Shown piece by piece: positions 10,805 through 20,995 of a DNA stretch of 33,000 nucleotides; position 1 is the first letter of the stretch; every line of letters begins with the position of its first letter. The stretch covers positions 28,086,001-28,119,000 of the forward strand of contig NC_043005.1 in the NCBI RefSeq assembly GCF_006345805.1. Direction: 5' to 3'. This DNA comes from Octopus sinensis. Taxonomy: Eukaryota. The notes beneath the pieces are model-generated. The model saw nothing but the letters and a program-made list of their open reading frames with translations. It was not told the DNA's origin and searched no databases. Both the position numbers and the translations under genes were made by a program.

Positions 10805-11112
10805 CTCTACACCTGCAATATGACAGGACGACTGCCTATAGTTACTACTATAACACAAAGCATCGGCAAATCAAATAACTACAGCCTACCTTTACAGTTT
10901 ACTATTAAACTGTCCTAGCTCACCGTTGTCACAAACACACGTACCATACACTCTTTGTTAAACATATTAATATTGGTATAACTTGAATTGGTTGTGGTTC
11001 AACATTAATAACTGTAAACACGTTTTGCAGATGTTCATGCAATAAGCTTTTTATATACACAAATGAATCCCGTATTTACATCGGTCTACTTCCCCTCACA
11101 CATTGCATTCCA

Positions 11113-11269
<157 letters not shown>

Positions 11270-11569
11270 AGGCTGGTTCATGGCGTTATATTAACTGCCC
11301 TATATCTTAGAGTGCTTCTCCTCTGAATTTATGTATTTCTACAAACAATCATACACACACACGCACAAACATATACTTACATACATATATATGTATATAT
11401 ACAAATGTTAGTGCATTCAACACATTTATTGGGAGTTACATGTATGGATCAAAACAGTTTTATTCAAACTCCTTGATACTCTTAAGTTTCAAGCGTGATG
11501 CTAATCCTTGGCCACAGGAATTATATACATATGTCTATGTATGTATGTATGTGTGTATGTATGTATGTA

Positions 11570-11842
11570 TGTCGGTTACGACGACAAGGGTTCCAGTTGA
11601 TCCAATCAACGGAACAGCCTGCTCGTTAAATTAATGTGCAAGTGGCTGAACACTCCACAGATACGCATACCCTTCCAGTAGTTCTCAGGGAAATTCAGTG
11701 TGACACAGAATGTGACATGGCTGGTCCTTTTTGAAATGCAGGTACAACTCATTTTTACCAGCTGAATGGACTGGAGCAATGTAAAATAAAGTGTCTAGCT
11801 GAAGGACACAACGTGTCGCCGGGAATTGAACTCACGACCTTA
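11570..11842 (-). mobile_element. CORE-like SINE (family C)
   Basis: The minus strand carries the B-box gagttcaattcc, CORE-like gttgtgtccttcagctagacactttatttt, and 3' gagcaggctgttccgttgattggatcaactggaaccc. Confidence 0.75.
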
Positions 11843-11935
11843 CACACACACACACACACATTAAATGTTCGTGATGTTCAGTTTCGAATATTCCCAAATA
11901 TGAATTTCAATTGGGTTCACAGCTACGTATATATA

Positions 11936-12069
11936 TGAACACGTGGCTGTGTTAGTCAATAATGTTGTCTAGAAGTCACTTAGTTCCAGGTTCGCTCCCA
12001 CAGGCATCTTTTTTTTTTTTTTACTATTGCCTCGAGTTGATCCAAACTTTGTGAATAAAATAGGGTTGA
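11936..12069 (+). mobile_element. Degenerate SINE family B 5' fragment
   Basis: cgtggctgtgttag...ccaggttcgctccca...tactattgcctcgagttgatccaaactttgtga parallels the family B head. Confidence 0.5.
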
Positions 12070-12245
12070 CAGTCGCATACTAGAGGGTGTGCCGCCTGGA
12101 GCAGTCCTTGAATTTGCCGCCCCACTCCGGAACCCCAAGCTTATGCAGACTTATACAGCACACCCAAATGTGCCGCCCCTATTAAAATTCCCGTCCGAGA
12201 CGGACTGCTAGCCCCCCACCTCACCCCCTACTGGCTACGCTGGTC
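12070..12245. mobile_element. GC-rich MITE-like element
   Basis: Repeated tgccgcc motifs and degenerate ends (cagtcgcatactagaggg / ccccctactggctacgctggtc). Flanks agggttga (12062-12069) and agggtaga (12246-12253) resemble an 8-bp TSD. Confidence 0.4.
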
Positions 12246-12693
12246 AGGGTAGACAGGGTACCGTATGAAAGCCAGGTGGATGGTCTGTACCTGTTATTCG
12301 ATGGCACAGACTTGTAACACTTATCTCGCCTGTTGATTATATTAAAAGTACAGGTGCTTGGAGAAATAGTCATGTACACTAAATACAAGGAGCAATTGTG
12401 TTGGTCAAAGAACTGGAATATTCTTTCCTTTAAAATCGACTACAGTCCATCAATTCATTTATATTCTAACCGTTATGGAAAAGAAATATGGAAGAAGAAT
12501 ACAAAATTATTTAAATTCTCCATGGTTAATTGAGATTTGAAGGGACGTTTGATTCTTCTCATTTGTCTTTATTTTGGGGCAGAAAATATAACGGAAAAAA
12601 GGCCTGTCAAGGTTGGGGTCAAACTGGTGCGGTTTACCAGATAGTTGGATGCAGTGACGTGACATTCGATAGGCTAATATTATAGGAGTTACC

Positions 12694-13098
12694 AAGGCAG
12701 CGAGCTAGCAGAAACGTTAGCACGCCGGGCGAAATGCGTAGCCGTATTTCGTCTGCCGTTACGTTCTGAGTTCAAATTCAGCCGAGGTCGACTTTCCCTT
12801 TCATCTTTTCAGGGTCGATAAATTAAGTACCAGTTACGCACTGGGGTCGATGTAATCGACTTAATCCGTTTGTCTGTCGTTGTTTGTCCCCTCTGAGTTT
12901 AGCCCCTTGTGGGTAGTAAAGAAATAGGTATTTCTCTCATCGCTACGTTCTGAGTTCAAATTCCATCAAGGTTGACTTTGCCTTTCGTCTTTTCGGGGTC
13001 GATAAATTAAGTACCCGTGAAACACTAGGGTCGATGTAATCGATTTGACCCCTTCCCCAAAATTTCAGGACTTGTGTTTATAGTAGAAAGGATATTAT
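12694..13098 (+). mobile_element. SINE family A full copy (12694-12927) fused to a second headless copy with a different 3' end (12928-13098)
   Basis: Two B-boxes (gagttcaaatt) and two ggggtcgatgtaatcga cores. First tail gtgggtagtaaagaaatag, second tail gtagaaaggatattat. Confidence 0.9.
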
Positions 13099-13289
13099 AG
13101 GTTTTATTTCCAATGGTTGTTCTTTTTGAATTTTAAGCATTCTAAGAGGAAGCTTTTGACCAATAAATGTATAGACAATTTCAGTTAATCGAAGTTTGTC
13201 AACTCACAATTCTGACATACATGAGACTCCAGCATACTACAATTCATTAATTCCTTGATACGTTTCTCTAATGTTTTCAATCGCTATCA

Positions 13290-13930
13290 GCACAGCACCC
13301 GTCAGAAATAGCAGTTAAATCTCCCTCAAATCACACTTTCACGTTTGATAATGTGATCCTGGGTCTTCTGCACATTAGAAAAGTGGTGATATGAACATAG
13401 CTGGAACGCCTTTCATCATAGGCCTACTTGATCAGAGTTGGTCCAAAGAAGTGTGACGCCATTCCAAGTGTGACTGAACCTTCGTTTCTGGATCACAAAG
13501 ACACGCCCACGTTTCCTCGCGTCACAGATTGGGGTGTGTGGGTATGATGTCCACTGGCTTCAAACATTCCGGCAAATTTGAACAGACTTCTACGTTTCTT
13601 TCCTTCAAATTAGTTATCAAATACTGTAATACACTGTAACCACAAGCCAGTTGTGCAGCAAGCTCAAAGGCTGTGATTCGCTTTTCCGTGCAAATCAGTT
13701 CTTTCAGTTGCTGGCAATTCGTGTCAATGGTTGCAGTTGATGGTTTTCTATTAAATGGTTTGACTTCAACGCTGATTTCCCCTTCTTTAAACTCCATCTA
13801 TCTGTGCACATTGCGCTCTTGTTAATGGCGTAATTTCTCTAAGCAGCCTGTAACTTTTTGTGGATGTCAGACAATCTGCAGCTCTTATTATCAAGAACTC
13901 AACAACAACGTTGCATCTGCTTGGAACCGA
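13290..13930 (-). pseudogene. Tc1/mariner (mariner-type) transposase remnant
   Basis: FKEGEISVEVKPFNRKPSTATIDTN...ELICTEKRITAFELAAQL (HTH-linker region), then EETWACLCDPETKVQSHLEWRH, matching the mariner DETW...YDPETK.QS.EW motif. Contains stop codons. Confidence 0.8.
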
Positions 13931-15029
13931 TTATTCGCTTGCAATAAAGGATAACAAGAAGTTACTGTAGTGTTATTTTATTAGCACATGCACTTTGAAT
14001 GACTCAGTTAATAAAAAGAATTTAGGCCCAACTTTGCATTACTTTCAAAATAACGCCTGTATGTTATTTCAGAATCTGCAAACTCACTGTGTTATCTATG
14101 TTATAATTATCTGTGGCAGACACTGGCTATCAAAGGGGATTTTTCAAAATAATTTTGTCCACATTAGCATAACATTTCAGTGAAATACCTTAGCCCAAAC
14201 TTCCTTACACATAAACTGGTAAATAATAAGTTTCCGTGAATTATTTATATTCACAATACGTAAAATTCTCGTTACATTCTTTTTAAAAAAGATTTCACGA
14301 AAAGATTTCAACAAATATTGAAGTGAAAAATAATACATTTACTTTTATAAACAACTGAACTGAGTCACTGACTAAATTTCTTCATAAAAAAGTTTACTCA
14401 CCTCAAAAATAACTAGTTTCAAGTAGTGGAAGGAACTGCATTAAATAAGTCGAAATAGATTTACAGCAGAATTAACTTTTTTATTAACTGATGGTTTTCC
14501 TAAATCTGTTGCTGTTTTCATTACTTTTCTCTTTCTTCCATTTCCCCAATTATATCTTTCACCTTTTATCACTGTCTATTTGTTGCATTTGAGAATGAAA
14601 TATTCAAGGCGATTTTTTTTCTAGCGGCGAACGAGAAAAAAATTGCCAAACATAACACAAACCTTGTTTTCCCTAACGTTGCATATGTGAATTCATTGAA
14701 TGAATTCATTGTTATTTATTTCGTTTCTGTAAATACATTACTTGAAAATCATCGACCGCGTATTTATAAGGGAAATTGGCAAATTATGACGTCAAAATAG
14801 CAATGTATCGAAATTTCTAAATGAAATATTGATCAAATGAAAAAGAATAAATCAAATTTATTACTTCTCTTTAATTTTCTGTATTGAAAAATCATGATTA
14901 ATAGAACCTTTTCAAATTTTACGAAATGTCTTGTTGCATGAAAACATCGGCATAGCGCGCAACGGACCAGATAGACTGACAGAAAAACATGGTTCCTTAT
15001 TGTAATATAGATTTTTCGATTAGACAGTG

Positions 15030-15105
15030 GTGGAACCATACTTCGGAGTTCAAATCCCGCTTCACTTTTCCTCTTTCCAGGGTCGATAAAGTAAAATATC
15101 AATCA
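15030..15105 (+). mobile_element. Degenerate SINE family A fragment
   Basis: ggagttcaaatccc...ttccagggtcgataaagtaaaat. Confidence 0.5.
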
Positions 15106-15664
15106 AATACTCCGAGATGTGAATGGAATTGAAATAAGAAAACAGAAGACAAGATATGCGTGGACTAGTAGAATTGTGGTGGGTATTGTATCATAAACAA
15201 CTCCCAACGATGTAAGACGAGGGGGCATTGAAGTGGCCGCTCGATCTGTGAGAAATAACAGCCAAATTTCTCTACTGTCTTAAATGAAAAAGGACACATT
15301 TAACGATGTATTACTTACTATATAGTAGATACACTATACACAAGAAAAAAAAACAAGGTAGTCTCAAATGGAATGTGTTTGATCATAGTTTCACTGGACC
15401 AGAACTGACTGGGAACCAAACAGTAATATCACTAACATCAACAGTATTCCGAGGGAGCTTATATGTAGTTGCTCGACGCGCTAGAGATAGCAGCGAAAAC
15501 TCCAGTAACATGATCCTGGGTGCACTGTTCTTGAGACAAAGTACACTGGGGTTTACAATTGGGAAGCCTCTGATCATGACTGCTTTCACAACACCGTTAT
15601 TCAGAAAAGTTATAGATTCAACTAATAGCTATAGCTGACAAGAATTTAAGTACTGCATACTCTT

Positions 15665-15860
15665 AATATTGGTTTCAAATTTTGGCACAAAGACAGCAGG
15701 TTCGAGGTGGGGGGGGCGGGGTAAATCAATTACATCAACCCCAGTGCTCAACTGGTACTTATTTTATCGACTCCGAAAGTATGAAAGGCAAATTCAACCT
15801 AGACGGAATTTGAACTCGTAAGGACAGACGAAATGCCGCCAGGCCTTCTGCCAACTCGCC
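15665..15860 (-). mobile_element. SINE family A
   Basis: Reverse complement of the family A body: ggtttcaaattttggcac...accccagtgctcaactggtactt...aatttgaactc...ctgccaactcgcc. Confidence 0.85.
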
Positions 15861-15864
15861 GAAT

Positions 15865-16039
15865 AAGGCGGCGACCTGGCAGAATCATTAGCACGCCGAG
15901 TAAAACGCTTGGCAGCATTTTGTCCGCTTTTACATTCTGAGTTCAAATTCTGCCTTTCAACATATAGGGGTGGATAAAATGAGTACCCCCACCCCACCCC
16001 GAACATGCTGGCCTTGTGCCAGAATTTGAAACCAATATT
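15865..16039 (+). mobile_element. SINE family A, head-to-head with the previous copy
   Basis: aaggcggcgacctggcagaatcattagcacgcc...gagttcaaattc...gctggccttgtgccagaatttgaaaccaatatt. Confidence 0.85.
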
Positions 16040-16059
16040 CCGAATACGATGATTATACC

Positions 16060-16198
16060 GAGGACGGCCTATTGGCAGATTCGTAAGAGCATCAGACAGA
16101 ATGCATTGCGATATTTGTCCAAGATTTTTGTGATTCCAGTTCAAATCCCATCGAGGTCAGTATTACCTTCTACCTTTTCGATAAATTAAGTATCAGTC
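16060..16198 (+). mobile_element. Older SINE family A fragment
   Basis: ttggcagattcgtaagagc...cagttcaaatcccatcgaggtc...tcgataaattaagtatcag. Confidence 0.6.
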
Positions 16199-16379
16199 CT
16201 GCGAATAGTTTAATCTGTTTTTCACGGTAGGAATTCAGCAACGTCACACTGAGAGAAGAGTCATAGAGAACCAGTCACAATGTGCCTTTCTCTAAAATGG
16301 AAAAGAAATAAGCTATAAGCTGGAAGTTTCTTCTTATACAAAAACGTATATGTGTTACTGCGACAGTCCAAGGACGAAC

Positions 16380-17030
16380 CGATGTATCTTGTACAGAATA
16401 GAAATAGAGTTAATTATGTCAGAGAAAGGTAAAGACAATTGGGCACTGTCATGCCTTTGGTTGTCAGGATGAAAGTAGAAAAAGTGTGACGTCAATTTGA
16501 CGTCACACTTTTTCTCGTCCATGTAGCCGTGACAGATTGGAGTAATTTTTGCCGCGATATATGTGCAGAATATTATGTTGCACAGAACATTAAGCTCGGA
16601 GGACCGAACCGAATCGTAGATATAGACGAAAGCGCGTTTGTTGGAAGAAAATATAATGTTAGCCATCGGGTTAAAACGCAGTGGGTGTTTGGTGCTTTAG
16701 AAAGAGATACCAGATGTATTTTAGTGGCAGTGGAAGATCGGACAGCGGATACCCTTTTACAAATTATACGAGAGCGTATATTGCCTGGTACAACCATAAT
16801 TTCCGACCTTTGGCGTTCGTATAATACGCTCAGTCAGCTAGGATACAGACATTTGACCGTGAATCATTCAATAAATTTTGTTGTAAATAGAGGGACGATT
16901 GACCACAATAAATACACTTTTTTGAAATTTTGCAAAGGATTGGAACACCAAAATTCTGTTTTGACGTCTTCAACGAAACATTGTGATTCACATGCCTGGA
17001 CGATTACATGAATATACAGACTATTTTACA
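16380..17030 (+). pseudogene. Merlin-superfamily (IS1595/ISXO2-like) DDE transposase, decayed
   Basis: ORF 16529-17011: DWSNFCRDIC...LGGPNRIVDIDES...RKYN...QWVFGALER...VEDRTADTLLQIIRERILPGTTIISDLWRSY...HLTVNHSINFV. These are the GG...E/DIDES, WVFG, SD.W..Y and TVNHS motifs. A C-terminal LDDYM lies in another frame, and the N-terminus is disrupted. Confidence 0.9.
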
Positions 17031-17898
17031 TAAATCAAGTATGACAACAAGAATGTCTTTATCTCTCCATTTGTCGACAGTGTGTGTGTATGTGTGTGTG
17101 TGTGTGCGTGTGCGCATGTTTCGCGTGTGCGTGTGATGTACATAATGGCGTACATACAGTAATTACTTCAGCTCAAATACGATTTAATCAATTTATTCCA
17201 AATGCCCAATTGTTAGTTCGTTGTGTGTGAAGCTAATTCCAATAGAAATAATGTCATAACGTTCTCATTGATGAAATTTGACAAGAAATTTTTAAAAGCG
17301 TTGCGTTAAAATAAAGAGCAAATATATAACAACAGTTTAAATATAATGATTTGATTAACTATATATTCTTTTAAATAATAATCAAATATCTCTCAATTTT
17401 TTTAAACATCACTCGATATGTTTTTGCCGCTTGTTATGTATGGGTTGATTAATCGCTCAATATGGCTTCGCCGCTCTATTTGCTACGTGTGTGCGTGTGT
17501 GTATCAATGTAATGTGTATGTGTATAGACGTGCGCCAACGCGCATGCACACACATACACACACATTTAGAGAGACAAAGATCACACATACATACATGCAC
17601 AGATACATGCGTATGTATGTATATGTGAACGCATGCATACGTGTATATACGTATGTTTTGTATGTATATCGATGTAACGAGGTGGGTTTTTTAAAATCTC
17701 GCCTTCAGTCTTTTTCTTTTCTTTATAAATGTCGCAATGACAGATATGACATGAAATATATTTACATCTGCAGAACCTTTCAAATTTGACCGTAATTTGA
17801 ATATAGAGACTGAAAAACCTTCAATCACTTTTTCAATACGTGTAAAGGCTTTGAGAATAAAGCACTCAACAATTTTCATATTTTTTTGAAGTTTGGTA

Positions 17899-17902
<4 letters not shown>

Positions 17903-17938
<36 letters not shown>

Positions 17939-17945
17939 TGTGTGT

Positions 17946-17982
<37 letters not shown>
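17903..17982. repeat. (GT)n microsatellite
   Basis: Directly visible. Further GT/CA tracts occur at 17082-17150 and 17480-17665. Confidence 0.95.
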
Positions 17983-17986
<4 letters not shown>

Positions 17987-18039
17987 TCATTCACAATGAA
18001 TTCCAAACTTTTTAAAAGCAAAAAAAAAACAGAGGTTTC

Positions 18040-18215
18040 ACATTTTGGCACAATTCTAGCAGTGTTAGAAGGAACAGGCTTGTCGATTACATCGATTCCA
18101 ATATTCAACTGGCACTTATTTTATCGACATCGAAAGATTGGAAAGTAAAGTCAAACTGGGCAGATTTTGAGCTGGCAAAAAAAAAAAAATGTCGCTGGGT
18201 ATTTTTGCCCAAAGC
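18040..18215 (-). mobile_element. SINE family A, degenerate
   Basis: ttttggcacaa...tcgattacatcga...caactggcacttattttatcgac...aaagtaaagtcaa. Confidence 0.7.
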
Positions 18216-18703
18216 TCTAAAAAAGAAAAAAAGAGAATATCAGAGAGAGTGTAAAAACAATATACGTACACATCGCCAACTTACAAATTAACTGAACAAT
18301 TGAACACACTATCGAGGTGCATTGATTGATTGATTGATTTACGAATAATATATGGTGCAAGTGACCCTAAATATTCTACTTCTGTTGTCTCTATTAAAAA
18401 GTCAGTGGTTATTTCCTTAGCTTTTAGATTTATGAAATTGTTTGTTGACGCCGGACTTCTTCCTTTTTTTTTTTTCGTGTTTGTAATGTTATTAGATACT
18501 GGTTTGTTACATGAGTTTCTATCAGTGTCATAAAGATTTTTATCGTTTCCGAGAATACACGAATTTTCTTGGAATTTAGTAATGTTGTAAATCGTGTAAA
18601 ACCAATATTGTATGCGACTGTGTGTATGTATGTGATATACATACATACATATATTCATATTGTATACATCGATACATATTGTGGTGGGGGCGTGTTTGTG
18701 TGA

Positions 18704-19200
18704 ATCTTCTGTATTTAATCATTCAAATTCTTCCTCTGAAGAAGGATTTGGTTTCTAACAAAGATACAAAGCTCCATCATTGGAATGTAGGTAACGAAAA
18801 GAATGCCACATTTTAAAACTGAAAATAAAAAGTCTTGCATAGCCTTACTGTTCCGTTTACAGATTGTATTTGTAATGTGCGAATCAATTGGTTGAATTCG
18901 TTTTCTGGTAATCCAAGCTTATCCAGTCTGACAGTTAGGCATTTAATTACAAAACCAAGTGCTCCTTATTGATATAAATGTAAATTTGTAATCTGGATAC
19001 AGAAGCTGGAGGTTTCGAAACAGTTATCGTCTTTTTCTTTGATTTCCAAAGAGATTTTCTCATCAGCAGCATAGCTGACCTCTACGACGCTACATACTTT
19101 TTCCTGTCCATCCCAAATGACAATATCCGGCCTGTTATGTTCACATTTGACAGATGTTTTGATGAGAATGTTCCACCAGTATTCTTTGTTGATGTTTGTG
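18704..19200 (-). mobile_element. R4/Dong-like RLE non-LTR retrotransposon 3' end, copy 1
   Basis: WWNILIKTSVKCEHNRPDIVIWDGQEKVCSVVEVSYAADEKISLEIKEKDDN (hallmark HNRPDIV RLE motif), frameshifted into the C-terminus and 3' UTR. Confidence 0.85.
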
Positions 19201-19271
19201 TATGTATTCAATTACAGGGAGGATTCTCTATGCGTGTGTGTGTGTGTGTGTGTGTGTGTATGCATGCATGT

Positions 19272-19617
19272 ATCTTCTTTCTGATCTTAATTATTTAAAT
19301 TCTTCCTCTGAAGAAGGAACTGGTTTCTAACAAAGCTCCATCACTGGAATGTAGATAACAAAAACGTCACATTTTAAACTTGAGAAAAGTCTCACATATT
19401 TTTCTTGTTCCACTTACACATTGTATTTGTAATGTGTGAGTTAGTTGGTTGATTTCTTTTTCTGAAAATCCAAGCTTATCCAGCCTGTCAGTTGGGTATT
19501 TATTCACAAAACCAAGTGCTCCAATCATTATTAGTATAAATGTAAATTTGTAATCTGAATATAGAAGCTAAAGTTCTCGAAGCAGTTGTCCATAATTATC
19601 CTCTATCTCTTTGATTT
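19272..19617 (-). mobile_element. R4/Dong-like RLE non-LTR retrotransposon 3' end, copy 2
   Basis: IKEIEDNYGQLLREL*LLYSDYKFTFILIMIGALGFV...LDKLGFSEKEINQLTHTLQIQCVSGTRKICETFLKFKM* (IGALG motif). Clearly homologous to, but diverged from, copy 1. Confidence 0.85.
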
Positions 19618-20507
19618 ACAGCAGGACAGCTTGTATGGGATAGAAAATGAGGGGAGACAGACTGCCAGAATGGTTAGGGTTAAAGGGTAGAGAATTAAGG
19701 AGTCGTGTGTGTGTGTGTGTGTAGGAAGAAAGAGAGATAATAAGCTTGAATTTTAAACAAGGGAAAGCTCTGCAATAAATAGAGAATAGAAACTGTTTAA
19801 AGCAAATTGTTTCTCTATGATAAAAAGAGTAAGATCTGGTTAAATTTGTAGCAGCTTCTGAAACATTTTACATAAAATATTTAACTTCACAAAATTTCAT
19901 GAAAATCTAAGAGACATTAGACATAGCAACAAATCTTCATGACGTAGATAGAAAAAAACATGTAAACGACTGTTATTTCATATCATTACTAACCTTTACA
20001 GAAAAATCTGGTGCTAAAATATACAATTCCATCATTTTAGAAGCTCGGGAAATTACCACAAACCTTAATATAGATGACATAGTAGAATATTTAAGGTCAC
20101 ATAAACCATAAATTATTCTTGAATATCAAAAAGTTAATCTTTCTTATAACTCTTAATACAGATTAATCAATTTCCTTTAACACCAAATTAGACAGCAACC
20201 ATATCCTCGAATGAATTATACTTAGAAAAGAAAACATATTTTTTCCCCATCGTGGAACAGTGGTCTATCAGTAATGGAATGATATTAGTATGATAATTTA
20301 ACTTTATTAATTACAAACAACACTTAATTTACTCACATTGTAAGTTTACTCAGTTTAGATAAGATAGAATTTTAACTTCCTGTATCAAAACACAATATTT
20401 GATATTGTTGTATTTAGGGATGGTCATGTTGCCAGTTTAGCCAATAAAAACACACGCACTATATATTTGGTGTTCATTTGCTTCTATTTTATTTTATATT
20501 AATCGTA

Positions 20508-20589
20508 TTTTTTTGTGTGTCTTTCCTTACTAATGATCAGCTATTTTGATACAAAATGGCTGACAAAAAAGGAAAGACACACAAAAAAA
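20508..20589. repeat. 82-nt fold-back hairpin
   Basis: Perfect 21-bp outer arms tttttttgtgtgtctttcctt (20508-20528) / aaggaaagacacacaaaaaaa (20569-20589), plus inner stem tcagctattttg / caaaatggctga. Confidence 0.85.
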
Positions 20590-20609
20590 AAAAGAAAGAA
20601 GAAAGTAAA

Positions 20610-20654
20610 GGACCACTGATGAGGTCACAGAAGTGTGATGAAAGAACTCTGGCC
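20610..20654 (+). ncRNA. Minimal type-I hammerhead ribozyme motif, slightly decayed (Penelope/retrozyme type)
   Basis: ggacca CTGATGA g GTCACA-gaag-TGTGAT GAAA gaac TC tggcc: both catalytic core boxes, a 6-bp stem II, a short quasi-palindromic stem III (agaact), a UC cleavage site and stem I cca/tgg. Confidence 0.55.
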
Positions 20655-20960
20655 GAAGCACAACCTTCGAACATTAGGCCTTACTGAGTAGAAATGCTGT
20701 TTGATTTATTTTTTTCAGCATACAATTTTCATCATCCCACCACCAAATATGACATCACTCCTTCCTTTCTCAATCATAAACACAAGAGTATTATTATAGT
20801 AGATTATCTCGGTATCCATGAGAGCTATGAAAAAAATACAAAGCCCAGCATCACCACCGGATCATTCTACACATCTGTGTAATTTTTCACACAAATCCAC
20901 CCACCTGTTTGACCATGAATACCAAGACAAGAAAGAATCACTCATGTCAAATTAATATGT

Positions 20961-20995
<35 letters not shown>

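Noticed and set aside
18343-18567. Possible 225-bp symmetric minus-strand exon within ORF 18281-18658
   Set aside because: The acceptor lacks a polypyrimidine tract, the peptide is low-complexity (N/K-rich) and no domain is recognisable.
19760-20160. AT-rich stretch with a protein-like piece (IILEAREITTNLNIDDIVEYLRSHK)
   Set aside because: Multiple stops and no diagnostic motif. It may be an old LINE ORF1 remnant but cannot be supported.
20616-20690. C/D-box snoRNA (TGATGA ... CTGA)
   Set aside because: There is no terminal stem or evident guide. The hammerhead fold explains the same motifs better, but a snoRNA is not formally excluded.
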